A stretch of 39,648 bases of DNA from Octopus bimaculoides (Eukaryota), in the NCBI RefSeq assembly GCF_001194135.2, contig NC_068981.1, forward strand, positions 83,523,846 to 83,563,493, written 5' to 3'. The notes under the pieces are model-generated. The model saw only the letters and a program-made list of their open reading frames with translations. It was not told the origin of the DNA and made no database searches. A program made the translations under genes and the position numbers. This document shows positions 1-10,488 of the stretch, in pieces; the first letter of the stretch is position 1, and each line of letters starts with the position of its first letter.

Positions 1-13
1 TATATATATATAT

Positions 14-379
14 GGAGGTGCAATGGCCCGGTGATTAGGGCAGCGGACTCGCGGTCATAGGATCGCGGTTTCGATTCCCAGACCGGGCGTTGTGAGTGTT
101 TATTGAGCGAAAACAGCTAAATCTCCACGAGGCTCCGGCAGGGGATTGAGGCGAACCCTGCTGTACCCTTTCATCACAATTTTCTCTCACTCTTACTTCC
201 TGCTTCTGTTGTGCCTGTAATTCAAAGGGTCAGACTTGTCACACTGTGTCACGCTGAATATCCCCGAGAACTACGTTAAGGATACACGTGTCTGTGGAGT
301 GCTCAGCCACTGCACATTAATTTCACGAGCAGGCTGTTCCGTTGATTGGATCATCGTCGTGAGCGATGGAGTGCCAACA
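14..379 (+). mobile_element. tRNA-derived SINE, family D (single apparently full-length copy), inside (TA)n
   Basis: A-box-like TGGCCCGGTGA 24-34 and B-box-like GTTTCGATTCC 68-78, then a ~290-nt non-tRNA body; TA repeats on both sides. Confidence 0.8.
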
Positions 380-544
380 TATATATATATAATGTACTGA
401 TCCTAGATAGAAAATTCAACAAAAAAGTACTCCATCTAGTGAGAAATAAATATCATTCATTTAAAGGTCACAATACAGGTATTAAATCGATACTTATAGT
501 TTCATATGTTGAGAAAACTCAAACATATTCTTCAAGTGCATACC

Positions 545-950
545 ATATATTATAACGAACTAAAGAAAATGAATAATTGAAGAAACGCGAAAAAACTGAC
601 AAAGCAGCATATAGAAAACGCAGACAGTAAACAACGGAAAACAGGAAACGAAAAAGAAACTAAAATGTAAGAAATAAAAAGTAAAGATGTAAAAGAAGTA
701 TCCTCATGAGACCTTATGAGTAAATATAGTTTGATGAATTGGAAAATTCCGCCTAATCCTAACTGACTTGATATCTTGATATCTCTCCAGCCTTATCATT
801 TAAGGTCTAAGGAAGATAGCTCTTTTGCCTTTTTTAGTTTCTATTATTTACAATTTAGTTTCTGGTTTGCGCCTGAAGAATACGTTTGAGTATCAAACTA
901 TTAGTAGTGCTTTGATACATATATTGTGACATTTAAATAAATAATTTATA
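545..950 (+). mobile_element. Penelope-like terminal-repeat relic ending in a degenerate hammerhead motif
   Basis: A-rich then T-rich segment, hammerhead-like core at 869-910, AATAAA near 937, then (TA)n. Confidence 0.45.
869..910 (+). ncRNA. Degenerate minimal type I hammerhead ribozyme
   Basis: GCGC(869-872)-CTGAAGA(873-879)-ATAC/GTTTGA/GTAT(880-893)-CAAA (G12 replaced by C)-CTA T TAGT-A(906)-GTGC(907-910). Confidence 0.5.
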
Positions 951-996
951 TATATATATATATGTATGTATGTGTGTGTGTATGTGTGTGTATATA

Positions 997-1039
<43 letters not shown>

Positions 1040-1350
1040 NNNNNNNNNNNNNNNNNNNNNNNNNNNNNNNNNNNNNNNNNNNNNNNNNNNNNNNNNNNNN
1101 NNNNNNNNNNNNNNNNNNNNNNNNNNNNNNNNNNNNNNNNNNNNNNNNNNNNNNNNNNNNNNNNNNNNNNNNNNNNNNNNNNNNNNNNNNNNNNNNNNNN
1201 NNNNNNNNNNNNNNNNNNNNNNNNNNNNNNNNNNNNNNNNNNNNNNNNNNNNNNNNNNNNNNNNNNNNNNNNNNNNNNNNNNNNNNNNNNNNNNNNNNNN
1301 NNNNNNNNNNNNNNNNNNNNNNNNNNNNNNNNNNNNNNNNNNNNNNNNNN
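1040..1350. other. Assembly gap flanked by (TA)n
   Basis: N run. Confidence 1.
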
Positions 1351-1405
<55 letters not shown>

Positions 1406-1476
1406 GATATATATGTATATATACGCATGTATATATGTATGTATGTACGTATGCATGCATGTAAATATGTGTCCTT

Positions 1477-1680
1477 GTGTCTGTGTTTGCTGCCCACCAC
1501 CTATTGATAACCGATGTTGGTTCGTTTACGTCCTAGTAACTATATAGAGACCGATAGAATAAAAAACAAAGAACAGGCTTAATAAAATGAGTACTGAAGT
1601 CGATTCATTCAACCCAATGCTCTTGGAAGCGGTACCACGGCATGGCTTCATTCTAATAACTGAAACAGATAACAGAAAAA
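1477..1680 (+). mobile_element. SINE family A, diverged 3' half
   Basis: Resembles the reverse complement of 10486-10690 (gtctgtgtttg...gataaccgatg...gagaccgatagaata...actgaaacag). Confidence 0.7.
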
Positions 1681-1963
1681 GATAATAGAAAGCAAAATGT
1701 AAAAAAAAAAACTCTCGAAAAGAAGTTAGGTCTCATAAACTTGAGCTATGATTCTTATTAAATTTGTGTCTGTAGTGATATAAGGTAATAAAATGCGAGT
1801 GGCTGATATCTTATGAAAGCTAGCAACTTACAGAGCAATCAGCATTTCAGTTTTAATCTTCTCATGAGACCAACAATGTATTTATGATCAAGAAAGAGAC
1901 TTAGTACTGTAGAAGGAAGTCTACGTAACTGCCTATATTAGCATCGCACCCTACACCACCAAC

Positions 1964-2014
<51 letters not shown>

Positions 2015-2041
2015 GACTCGCCTCTCTTTCGCTCACACTCT

Positions 2042-2081
<40 letters not shown>

Positions 2082-2086
2082 ATATA
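1964..2086. repeat. Compound microsatellite (CTAT)n-(CT)n-(TA)n
   Basis: Direct reading. Confidence 0.95.
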
Positions 2087-2291
2087 TACTCTTTTACTCT
2101 TTTACTTGTTTCAGTCATTTGACTGTGGCCATGCTGGAGCACCACCTTTAGTCGAGCAAATCGACCCCAGGACTTATTCTTTCTAAACCTGGTACTTATT
2201 CTATGGGTCTCTTTTGCCGAACCGCTAAATTACAGGGACGTAAACGCACCAGCATTCGTTATCAAGCGATGTTGGGGGGACAAACACAGAC
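2087..2291 (-). mobile_element. SINE family A, well-conserved 3' half with (AAAAGAGT)n tail
   Basis: Aligns by eye along its length with 10486-10690; followed by (CA)n and a gap. Confidence 0.9.
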
Positions 2292-2297
2292 GCACAA

Positions 2298-2336
<39 letters not shown>

Positions 2337-2803
2337 NNNNNNNNNNNNNNNNNNNNNNNNNNNNNNNNNNNNNNNNNNNNNNNNNNNNNNNNNNNNNNNN
2401 NNNNNNNNNNNNNNNNNNNNNNNNNNNNNNNNNNNNNNNNNNNNNNNNNNNNNNNNNNNNNNNNNNNNNNNNNNNNNNNNNNNNNNNNNNNNNNNNNNNN
2501 NNNNNNNNNNNNNNNNNNNNNNNNNNNNNNNNNNNNNNNNNNNNNNNNNNNNNNNNNNNNNNNNNNNNNNNNNNNNNNNNNNNNNNNNNNNNNNNNNNNN
2601 NNNNNNNNNNNNNNNNNNNNNNNNNNNNNNNNNNNNNNNNNNNNNNNNNNNNNNNNNNNNNNNNNNNNNNNNNNNNNNNNNNNNNNNNNNNNNNNNNNNN
2701 NNNNNNNNNNNNNNNNNNNNNNNNNNNNNNNNNNNNNNNNNNNNNNNNNNNNNNNNNNNNNNNNNNNNNNNNNNNNNNNNNNNNNNNNNNNNNNNNNNNN
2801 NNN
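2337..2803. other. Assembly gap
   Basis: N run. Confidence 1.
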
Positions 2804-3020
2804 GGTGCGTTGTGTTCTTGAGCAATACACTTCATCTCACGTTGCTCTATGATCACTTCGACACTTGACGCGAGGTACACCATACACCTGTTAAGAAAAC
2901 ATCGTTCTTATAGAGATAGTGCGCTAATGTGCACCACGAGCATTTGATCACTATAAACAAATCCTTTGTTCAGGTCCTTCAGCACAATTTGAGGGCTCAA
3001 ACGTCGTCTTCGATGGGAAA
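2804..3020 (+). mobile_element. SINE family C body; head lost in the gap
   Basis: gcgttgtgttcttgagcaatacacttcatctcacgttgctct matches the minus-strand body of 32923-33234; 3' limit approximate. Confidence 0.6.
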
Positions 3021-3124
3021 GTCCATCATATTTATGCACACACACATACTCACACTTACACACATACAAAAACATACGCACACACAAACGCATATACACT
3101 CATACAAAAACAAACACATACACA

Positions 3125-3377
3125 TGAGGTGCTTTCAAAAAGTATACGACTTTATTTTTTGCCGCCAAAACTAATGCTGTGTGGGTAAAATCCTTTGAAC
3201 AAAATCCTTTGGCCAAAATCCTTCGGGTGGGAGTTGATGCCTCACTGCACATCAAATGACGACTCAGATTTTTCACGCATACGGAGGAAAGGAAGCGTCA
3301 CCTCCCACCCACAGGATTTTCCTACATGCCATTAGTTTTGGCGAGGAAAAGTAAAATTCTTGAATATAACTCGCATA
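3125..3377. mobile_element. Fold-back MITE with mariner-like termini
   Basis: Perfect 14-bp IR CGCCAAAACTAATG (3163-3176/3330-3343); 17/19 IR 3215-3233/3302-3320; degenerate outer arms TGAGGTGCTTTCAAAAAGT vs TTCTTGAATATAACTCG; right end followed by TA. Confidence 0.65.
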
Positions 3378-3380
3378 TAA

Positions 3381-3511
3381 ACGACGGTTTCTTTCAGTTT
3401 CCGTCTACCAAGTGCACACCCATGGCTTTGGTCGGCTCGAAGCTACAGTACAAGACACTTCTCCAAGTTCTCACGTAGTGGGAGTGAACCAGAACACAGC
3501 CACACCCGCAC
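3381..3511 (-). mobile_element. SINE family A 5' half (diverged, internally deleted)
   Basis: cgacggtttctttcagtttccgtctacca...aagacactt...gggagtgaacc matches 10718-10880. Confidence 0.8.
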
Positions 3512-3609
3512 TAATGCGTGTGATTGTTTGTGTTTGTGTGTGTGTGGGGGGGGGGCTTATTAAATATTCCCCTGGATCATATAGTTGTCTATTCCATTGA
3601 GGCTTTAAA

Positions 3610-4067
3610 CAACAGAGAAATATCTTGGAAATTCGCCGGCCCAATGGTTTCCCTTCATGGCAGAATTAATAGTAAAAACTATTTAAGCATTTTACCTGAT
3701 CAAATTCATCCTATGGTTGCGGAACTGTTTCCGGAGAAGAACGCACTCTTTCAGGATGATAAGCCACCAATTCACAGAGCTAAAATTGTTACTGAATGGC
3801 ATGAGGAATATTCTAGTTAATTTGAACATCTTATCTGGCTACCACAGTCCCCAGATCTCAATATCATTGAACATTTACGCTGCATTTTAGAAAAAAAAGT
3901 ATAGAGTCGATATCATCCAGCATCATCACTACAAGAACTGGACACTGTTTTAGCCGAAGAATGGACAAAAATTCCTTTTGAAACAATTTAAACTTTGTAC
4001 GAGTCCATACTTCGTAGAATTTGTTTGAAATTTTTAGGTGGTTCCATTATTTTGTCCAACCCTTGTA
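3610..4067 (+). pseudogene. Tc1-family transposase relic (C-terminal catalytic part) with right TIR
   Basis: ISWKFAGPMV...FQDDKPPIHRAK..W..*..WLPQSPDLNIIEH...LQEL...EEWTKIP; in-frame stops (e.g. 3818-3820); ends ggttccattattttgtccaacccttg|TA (4040-4067). Confidence 0.92.
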
Positions 4068-4125
4068 TATATATAAATAAATAAATGAATAAATAAATAA
4101 ATAAATATATATACATACATATATG

Positions 4126-4226
4126 GGAGAATGTACGAAAAAAACAACAACAGACGAGGACGGGTGGTGTAAACAACAAAAGGATGTATTAGTTTGACGC
4201 TCAGGAATACAGAAAGTCTTTAACGT
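4126..4226 (-). mobile_element. Penelope-like terminal repeat family P, copy 1 (truncated)
   Basis: Near-identical to 4788-4887 and 10891-10990; stops at ...gtctttaacgt|(TA)n. Confidence 0.65.
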
Positions 4227-4242
4227 ATATATATATATATAT

Positions 4243-4745
4243 NNNNNNNNNNNNNNNNNNNNNNNNNNNNNNNNNNNNNNNNNNNNNNNNNNNNNNNNNN
4301 NNNNNNNNNNNNNNNNNNNNNNNNNNNNNNNNNNNNNNNNNNNNNNNNNNNNNNNNNNNNNNNNNNNNNNNNNNNNNNNNNNNNNNNNNNNNNNNNNNNN
4401 NNNNNNNNNNNNNNNNNNNNNNNNNNNNNNNNNNNNNNNNNNNNNNNNNNNNNNNNNNNNNNNNNNNNNNNNNNNNNNNNNNNNNNNNNNNNNNNNNNNN
4501 NNNNNNNNNNNNNNNNNNNNNNNNNNNNNNNNNNNNNNNNNNNNNNNNNNNNNNNNNNNNNNNNNNNNNNNNNNNNNNNNNNNNNNNNNNNNNNNNNNNN
4601 NNNNNNNNNNNNNNNNNNNNNNNNNNNNNNNNNNNNNNNNNNNNNNNNNNNNNNNNNNNNNNNNNNNNNNNNNNNNNNNNNNNNNNNNNNNNNNNNNNNN
4701 NNNNNNNNNNNNNNNNNNNNNNNNNNNNNNNNNNNNNNNNNNNNN
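4243..4745. other. Assembly gap
   Basis: N run. Confidence 1.
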
Positions 4746-4787
4746 TATATATATATATATATGTGTGTGTGTGGGTGTGGGTGTGTG

Positions 4788-4928
4788 GGAGAATGTACGA
4801 AAAAACAACAACGGACGAGGACAGTTGGTGTAAACAACAAAAAGATGCATTAGTTTGACGCTCGGGAATACAGAAAGTCTTTAACGTTTCGAGCTACGCT
4901 CTTCAACAACGAATACGGAGAAAACAAG
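4788..4928 (-). mobile_element. Penelope-like terminal repeat family P, copy 2, with degenerate hammerhead at 4878-4914
   Basis: Minus strand TTGTTGA-A-GAGC/GTA/GCTC-GAAA-CGT-T-AAAGA. Confidence 0.65.
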
Positions 4929-5828
4929 TGTGTGTATGTGTGTGTGTATGTGTGTGTGTATGTATGTATGTATGTATGTATATATGTTTATAAGTGTTTA
5001 TAAACATACATATATAAACCTATATCCCCTCCCTGAATCTATAAATAAGGTGAGAGACATGTGATGTAAGTAGGATATGTGATGTAAGTATAGCTACAAA
5101 CTTCACACGCAAGCACATGTCGCTTTATATATGTATGTATATGTATGTACGTATCTATTTATCTGTCTATCTTTTTGTATACAAGAATGTATGAATACAT
5201 ATGTATGTATGTATACATGCATACATATGTATATGTATGTATTATTGTGTATGCGTCTGTATTCTCTGCGTGTGTCTGTATGTGTGTGTTTGTGTCAGAA
5301 CGAATGAAATCAAGGTTGTGGCATGATAAAAGTTGTGCTCGTGGCATTGGTAAGGCAATCAACCGAGTAAAACTTCGTCGCTGGTACACCTAGACAATAA
5401 GCTGCAGTAAAAGTCAATGTGTTGGACAAGTTGCTTAATATGTGAGTGTGTGCGTGCGCATCTGTGTGTGTCTCCTTACTTACTGAACGTCTGTGCATAC
5501 GCTTCAATGTCTATATTATATGTTCTACCACTAATAAATACTTCGCTTGTTTGAAAGTATGTATGTACGCTTGTGTACAATGTTTTGATTTTGAATTTTG
5601 CATTTCTAATTATCAGCTAGTCAAAATACAGACGTTCTATAGAATATTTTAGAATATTTAGTTGGCCTCAACCATATTTCATTCTTTAACCAAACTTCAT
5701 ATTGACCTGCTGAACTTATAATTCATATTTCATGCCAAACATCTATAAATACACACTCCGCTTATATATATCAAAGTGGAAATAAATAATTATATGAATA
5801 TATATATATATATATATACATATATATA

Positions 5829-6136
5829 NNNNNNNNNNNNNNNNNNNNNNNNNNNNNNNNNNNNNNNNNNNNNNNNNNNNNNNNNNNNNNNNNNNNNNNN
5901 NNNNNNNNNNNNNNNNNNNNNNNNNNNNNNNNNNNNNNNNNNNNNNNNNNNNNNNNNNNNNNNNNNNNNNNNNNNNNNNNNNNNNNNNNNNNNNNNNNNN
6001 NNNNNNNNNNNNNNNNNNNNNNNNNNNNNNNNNNNNNNNNNNNNNNNNNNNNNNNNNNNNNNNNNNNNNNNNNNNNNNNNNNNNNNNNNNNNNNNNNNNN
6101 NNNNNNNNNNNNNNNNNNNNNNNNNNNNNNNNNNNN
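5829..6136. other. Assembly gap
   Basis: N run. Confidence 1.
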
Positions 6137-7287
6137 ATATATATATATATATATGTATGTAATTATATAAATACACACACATATATATATATATATATGT
6201 TTGTATGTATATGTATGTATATATGTGCGTTTTATAAATATAAATGTATGCATGAATGTAGGTATATACTACTATATATATAGGCATATGTATACACATT
6301 CATATAAACACATACACATATATATACGTATGTATATATAAATGCATATGTATATGTGTATTGATATAAATATCTATATATGTACACACACACACGTATA
6401 TATATATATATATATGTGTATATATGTGTATGTGTATGTGTGTGTGTGTGTGCGTATGCGTGTGTGTATTACCAGGAAAGGAAGACAAACATGTGTATCG
6501 TTAAGAAATAAAGGATATATATAACACTTAACCTGTAGAAGGTTACTTATTACTGTGAATAAGAAAAATTAGAGAAAAAAATTAAAACCAGACATGAATC
6601 TATTACACTTAACCTATCTTTATCGACCTTCAACATTATTGATATTAACTCTACATATTAACCAGTTCGACCATGGTGACTCGTCATCGAATCGCAGGAA
6701 TTAAACACACACACATATATCAAAATGCACACGTACGCACATGCACATGCACACATACGCACGCACACGCACACCGACACACAGATGCGCCCATCTTATG
6801 TATATATAAATACATATTTATATACACGTATATGTATATATGTGTGTGTGCGCGCGTATAGATACACACTCAGCCATATACTCGTTCTCACACACGCACA
6901 TACATGCACGTAAGCACACATACGTACAGAGACAGAGAAACAAAGAAAGACACATTTAGAAACCACTAAGAACAGATGAATAAGGAGAAAAATATAGTAA
7001 AGCTACAGAACAACAAAATCGAACAACAACAATAATACCAAAACACAGAGGCATCTGAAAATAAGGAAAAGAAGTTGGTTGATGACGGCGATAAATGCAA
7101 CAATAGTGAGAATTTCTGGAGATAGTTGTTGCCACGTCTGAGTGTGTCTGATTTCCGTTTAAGGCCAAATAAATACAAGAAACAAAAAGCATTAAAAACA
7201 TATAAAAAACAAGTAACGAAAAAATAAAATGAGCAAAACAAAAAATACGAGCCAAAATAGGACCAAGAATAACAAAATATAAATGGA

Positions 7288-7405
7288 GAAGGATGGCGGG
7301 GAAAATGGCCGTTAAATAATAGTTTCTCTAATGTCATCTAACGAAGCCGATCTATGTTCAATGACAAGCGCCATCTTGGCACGAACAACTGACCCGGGCG
7401 GAAGC
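7288..7405. promoter_or_regulatory. Cluster of YY1-like and ETS-like motifs (candidate regulatory element)
   Basis: AAGGATGGCGG 7289-7299, AAAATGGC 7302-7309, CGCCATCTTG 7369-7378, CGGAAG 7399-7404 in a locally GC/CpG-richer patch. Confidence 0.25.
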
Positions 7406-7927
7406 AAAGTTGATAAGGCTCAAATGACTCGTTAAATAAATTCAGCAAATCTCCTGAAAATCAGATCTCTTTTTTTTTTATCTTCTTCATTTCTCTTCTA
7501 AGAACTACGTCGTCCATTTTATTATAGTTCCTTTCTTTTTTCTCTCTTTTAGTTGTTTATCATATTTTCCCCTCCTATTTCCACCCTTCTCTCTTAGGAT
7601 CACATTTTTATGTCTTTCTCTCTTTGTTTTTTGTTTTGTCTTGTTTTGTGTGTACTTTTTCTGTTATCATCGCCTTTCTTTATATCTTTTGCTCTAATCT
7701 CGCCTTTTTCTTTCTCCGACTTTTCCATTTCGTCTTAACCACCATTCCATCTTTCCTTTATCCACTTCACTCAATCATTCATTATATTATTCCTGTTCAT
7801 CACTCCCACAGTTCTTTCTCTCCCCTCTCTCGCTTTCTTTTTCTCTCGTTCTCTCATGTATTTCGTTTTCTTTTCTTTCTATATATCAATTCTCTAAACG
7901 ATCTGCCAAAGTTAACTTTCCAACTCT

Positions 7928-7928
<1 letters not shown>

Positions 7929-7990
<62 letters not shown>

Positions 7991-8105
7991 GTCTGTCTAG
8001 CTATCCATCTATCTATCAGTCTGTCTGTGTCTGTCTGCCTATTATCTGTCCATCTTTCTATTTACTGATCAGACTTTCTCTCTGTCTATCTCTCTCTCTC
8101 TCTCT

Positions 8106-8148
<43 letters not shown>

Positions 8149-8170
8149 CTCTCCCTCTCCCTGTCCTCTC
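7929..8170. repeat. Compound microsatellite (CTAT)n/(CTGT)n/(CT)n/(TA)n
   Basis: Direct reading. Confidence 0.9.
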
Positions 8171-8488
8171 TCTTCATGAGTCCCTCTCTCGTCTTCTCTA
8201 TTCTGTTTTCTAACCTTTCGTTCACTTTGTAACCAAAGCGATTTCTTCCATAATCTGATGCTAGCAGTTTCTTTTCTCTTCTTTTTTATTTCTTCTTCTT
8301 TCGTTCCACTATCATTCCTCGTATAAACAAACACTGTTCTCTTACATATAAGACATATGGCCATTTTTACCTCCTTGATCTTGTGGTGTCGAGATCGAAA
8401 TCGAAGTAGAAGAATATGTGGCTTGAGCCACTAGTAAAAGAGAATCTACTGCTTTTAAAGATCTCTATTCCATTTGATTAGATTTAGT

Positions 8489-8880
8489 CATCATCATCTC
8501 CACCACCACTACCGCTACAACCATCAAAACAAACATCGTCACCATCATCATCATCATCATCATCATCATCTTCACCATCATTATATTCCTCACCACCACC
8601 ACAACCATCACCACCACCACACCACTACCACCGCCACAGTCACCATCCCGATAACCTTCTCTTCCTTCTCCTCCTTCTCCTCCTGCTCCTCCTGCTCAAC
8701 CTGCTACTCCTGCCCCTCCTCCTCCTCCTCCTCCTCCTTCTTCTTCTTCTTCTTCTTCTTCTTCTTCTTCTTCTTCTTCCTCTGTTGCTGCTTCTCCGCC
8801 TCTTCCTTCTCTCTCTCCTCCTCCAGCATCCACATCCATCTCGTCATCATCACCATTTTCTTTTTCTCTTCCCCACCACC
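8489..8880. repeat. Compound triplet repeats (CAT/CAC)n, (CCT)n, (CTT)n
   Basis: Direct reading; source of the spurious His/Phe-rich and Glu/Gly-rich ORFs. Confidence 0.9.
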
Positions 8881-8966
8881 CTCTCGACTTTCTTATTGTA
8901 TTAAGAACGACCATATTCTAAATGTTTTTATGCTTTAATAATTACATCTTATTTGTTTTAATAAAT

Positions 8967-9639
8967 GGATCTATTTCAAAACGGGGGCACCAGTTTTCTT
9001 TTATGTTTTATGTAGTGATTTTGGTACCGAAAGACTTTCAAACTTCGTATACTTATCTATTTTGTGTTATAGAACAGAAAAAAAAAATTGTATTCGAATT
9101 TATTTCATGTAAAAAATTGTCTTATTTCGATAATTTCTACTAATCACTGACGTCTATTCAGTTGAAAACAGTTAGCGCTGTAACGGTCTATATCGTATTA
9201 ATCCCCTAACCCTAACCCTAACCCTAACTAGACTGTTAACCGTAACCGTAGCCCTAACCCTAACCCTAAAACTAACCCTAACTCTAGAATCCGAACTCTA
9301 AAATTGTTACACACACAGATACGCACAGCGTAATTTATTATATAAACAATATATGCGTATAAATTACGATTAAACCGGATGAAATATGTCACAGGGAATA
9401 ACATTTTTATGACCGCCCAGCAGTAACTCAATTCAGCTGAATAGACGTCAGTGATTGGTTGAAATTACAGAAATACGACAACTTTAACATGGAATAACTT
9501 GCGATGTACATTTTTTTGTTAAGAAGACTAAGAGTAAAAGATGTTTTATATGACACGTTCTACCAGTGTCCCAAGTTTCAAAGTGTTTCGTTAGTGTTTC
9601 GTTAAGAAAATACTGGTGCCCCCGTTTTGAAATAGATCC
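8967..9639. mobile_element. Non-autonomous TIR transposon (MITE), Merlin-like ends, with internal telomeric repeats
   Basis: Perfect 28-bp TIR GGATCTATTTCAAAACGGGGGCACCAGT (8967-8994/9612-9639); perfect 8-bp TSD TAATAAAT (8959-8966/9640-9647); 24/25 internal IR 9142-9166/9432-9456. Confidence 0.9.
9204..9285 (-). repeat. Interstitial telomere-like (TTAGGG)n tract, partly degenerate
   Basis: Repeated CCCTAA units with variants (CCGTAA, CCGTAG, AACTAA, CTCTAG). Confidence 0.85.
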
Positions 9640-9818
9640 TAATAAATTTTCATGCACCTTATCTAAACATTTTGTTGATCACTGTAAGGTCATTGTGAAC
9701 GCTGCTGCTCTTCATTCAATTCGTTGAACACTCGTACAACATATCGCATATGCTCTCAGGACACGAGGAAATATGTTTTCTCTGTCATACACGTAGACAG
9801 ATGCATGCACTCACAGTT

Positions 9819-9888
9819 TCTACTATTGCCTCGGACCGACTAAAGCCTCGTGAGTGGATTTGGTAGACGAAACTGAAAGACGCCCAAC

Positions 9889-9890
<2 letters not shown>
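9819..9890 (+). mobile_element. SINE family A middle fragment followed by (TA)n
   Basis: ttctactattgcctcggaccgactaaagcctcgtgagtggatttggtagacgaaactgaaagacgccc. Confidence 0.8.
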
Positions 9891-9940
<50 letters not shown>

Positions 9941-10415
9941 ATATAAAAGTTTCTGGGGAGAATGGGGTACTTAAATGGTAGTCACTATTTTGAGTTGATT
10001 TAACTTGTAAGTACCACATTTAGTCGTATCAATATACCAGGTACTGAAGTTATCTAGTCAGATATTTAGGCTATGAACACAAAGAAATCCCATCGCTACG
10101 AGTATTTAACGCCAAGGGGCTGGTCCAAATCTGACGTTATGTAGATCACACGTGTCTGGTATACTCTAGCAAGTACGACGGGTCCTGCATCTCTTAAGTG
10201 GCTGGCGAATAGACGTGTTCCCACTATGCGGATGGATTGTTCTTCTATTGTTTTGTAATTATATGGGTCATTTGATGAATACAATTTTTTCCACTATGAT
10301 ATAATGTACTCACTAATAAACGATGTGTAAGAAACAGTTGAAATGAACTGACATTTATCCACCATTTTATTTTTTTTCTTTGCTCTCTCTCTCTCTCACT
10401 CACTCTCTCTCTCTT

Positions 10416-10485
<70 letters not shown>

Positions 10486-10488
<3 letters not shown>

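Noticed and set aside
14-86. Possible genuine tRNA gene
   Set aside because: No convincing cloverleaf, degenerate boxes, and it continues into a SINE body; the same applies to the other SINE heads.
4126-4928. Direct repeat across a gap as an assembly overlap artefact
   Set aside because: The two copies differ at several positions and a third copy exists at 10891, so they are more likely independent insertions.
8474-8938. His-rich/poly-Phe ORF and antisense poly-Glu/Gly ORF
   Set aside because: Products of compound triplet repeats; no domain and no splice context.
10096-10284. GC-richer 62-aa minus-strand ORF
   Set aside because: No recognisable motif or splice signals.
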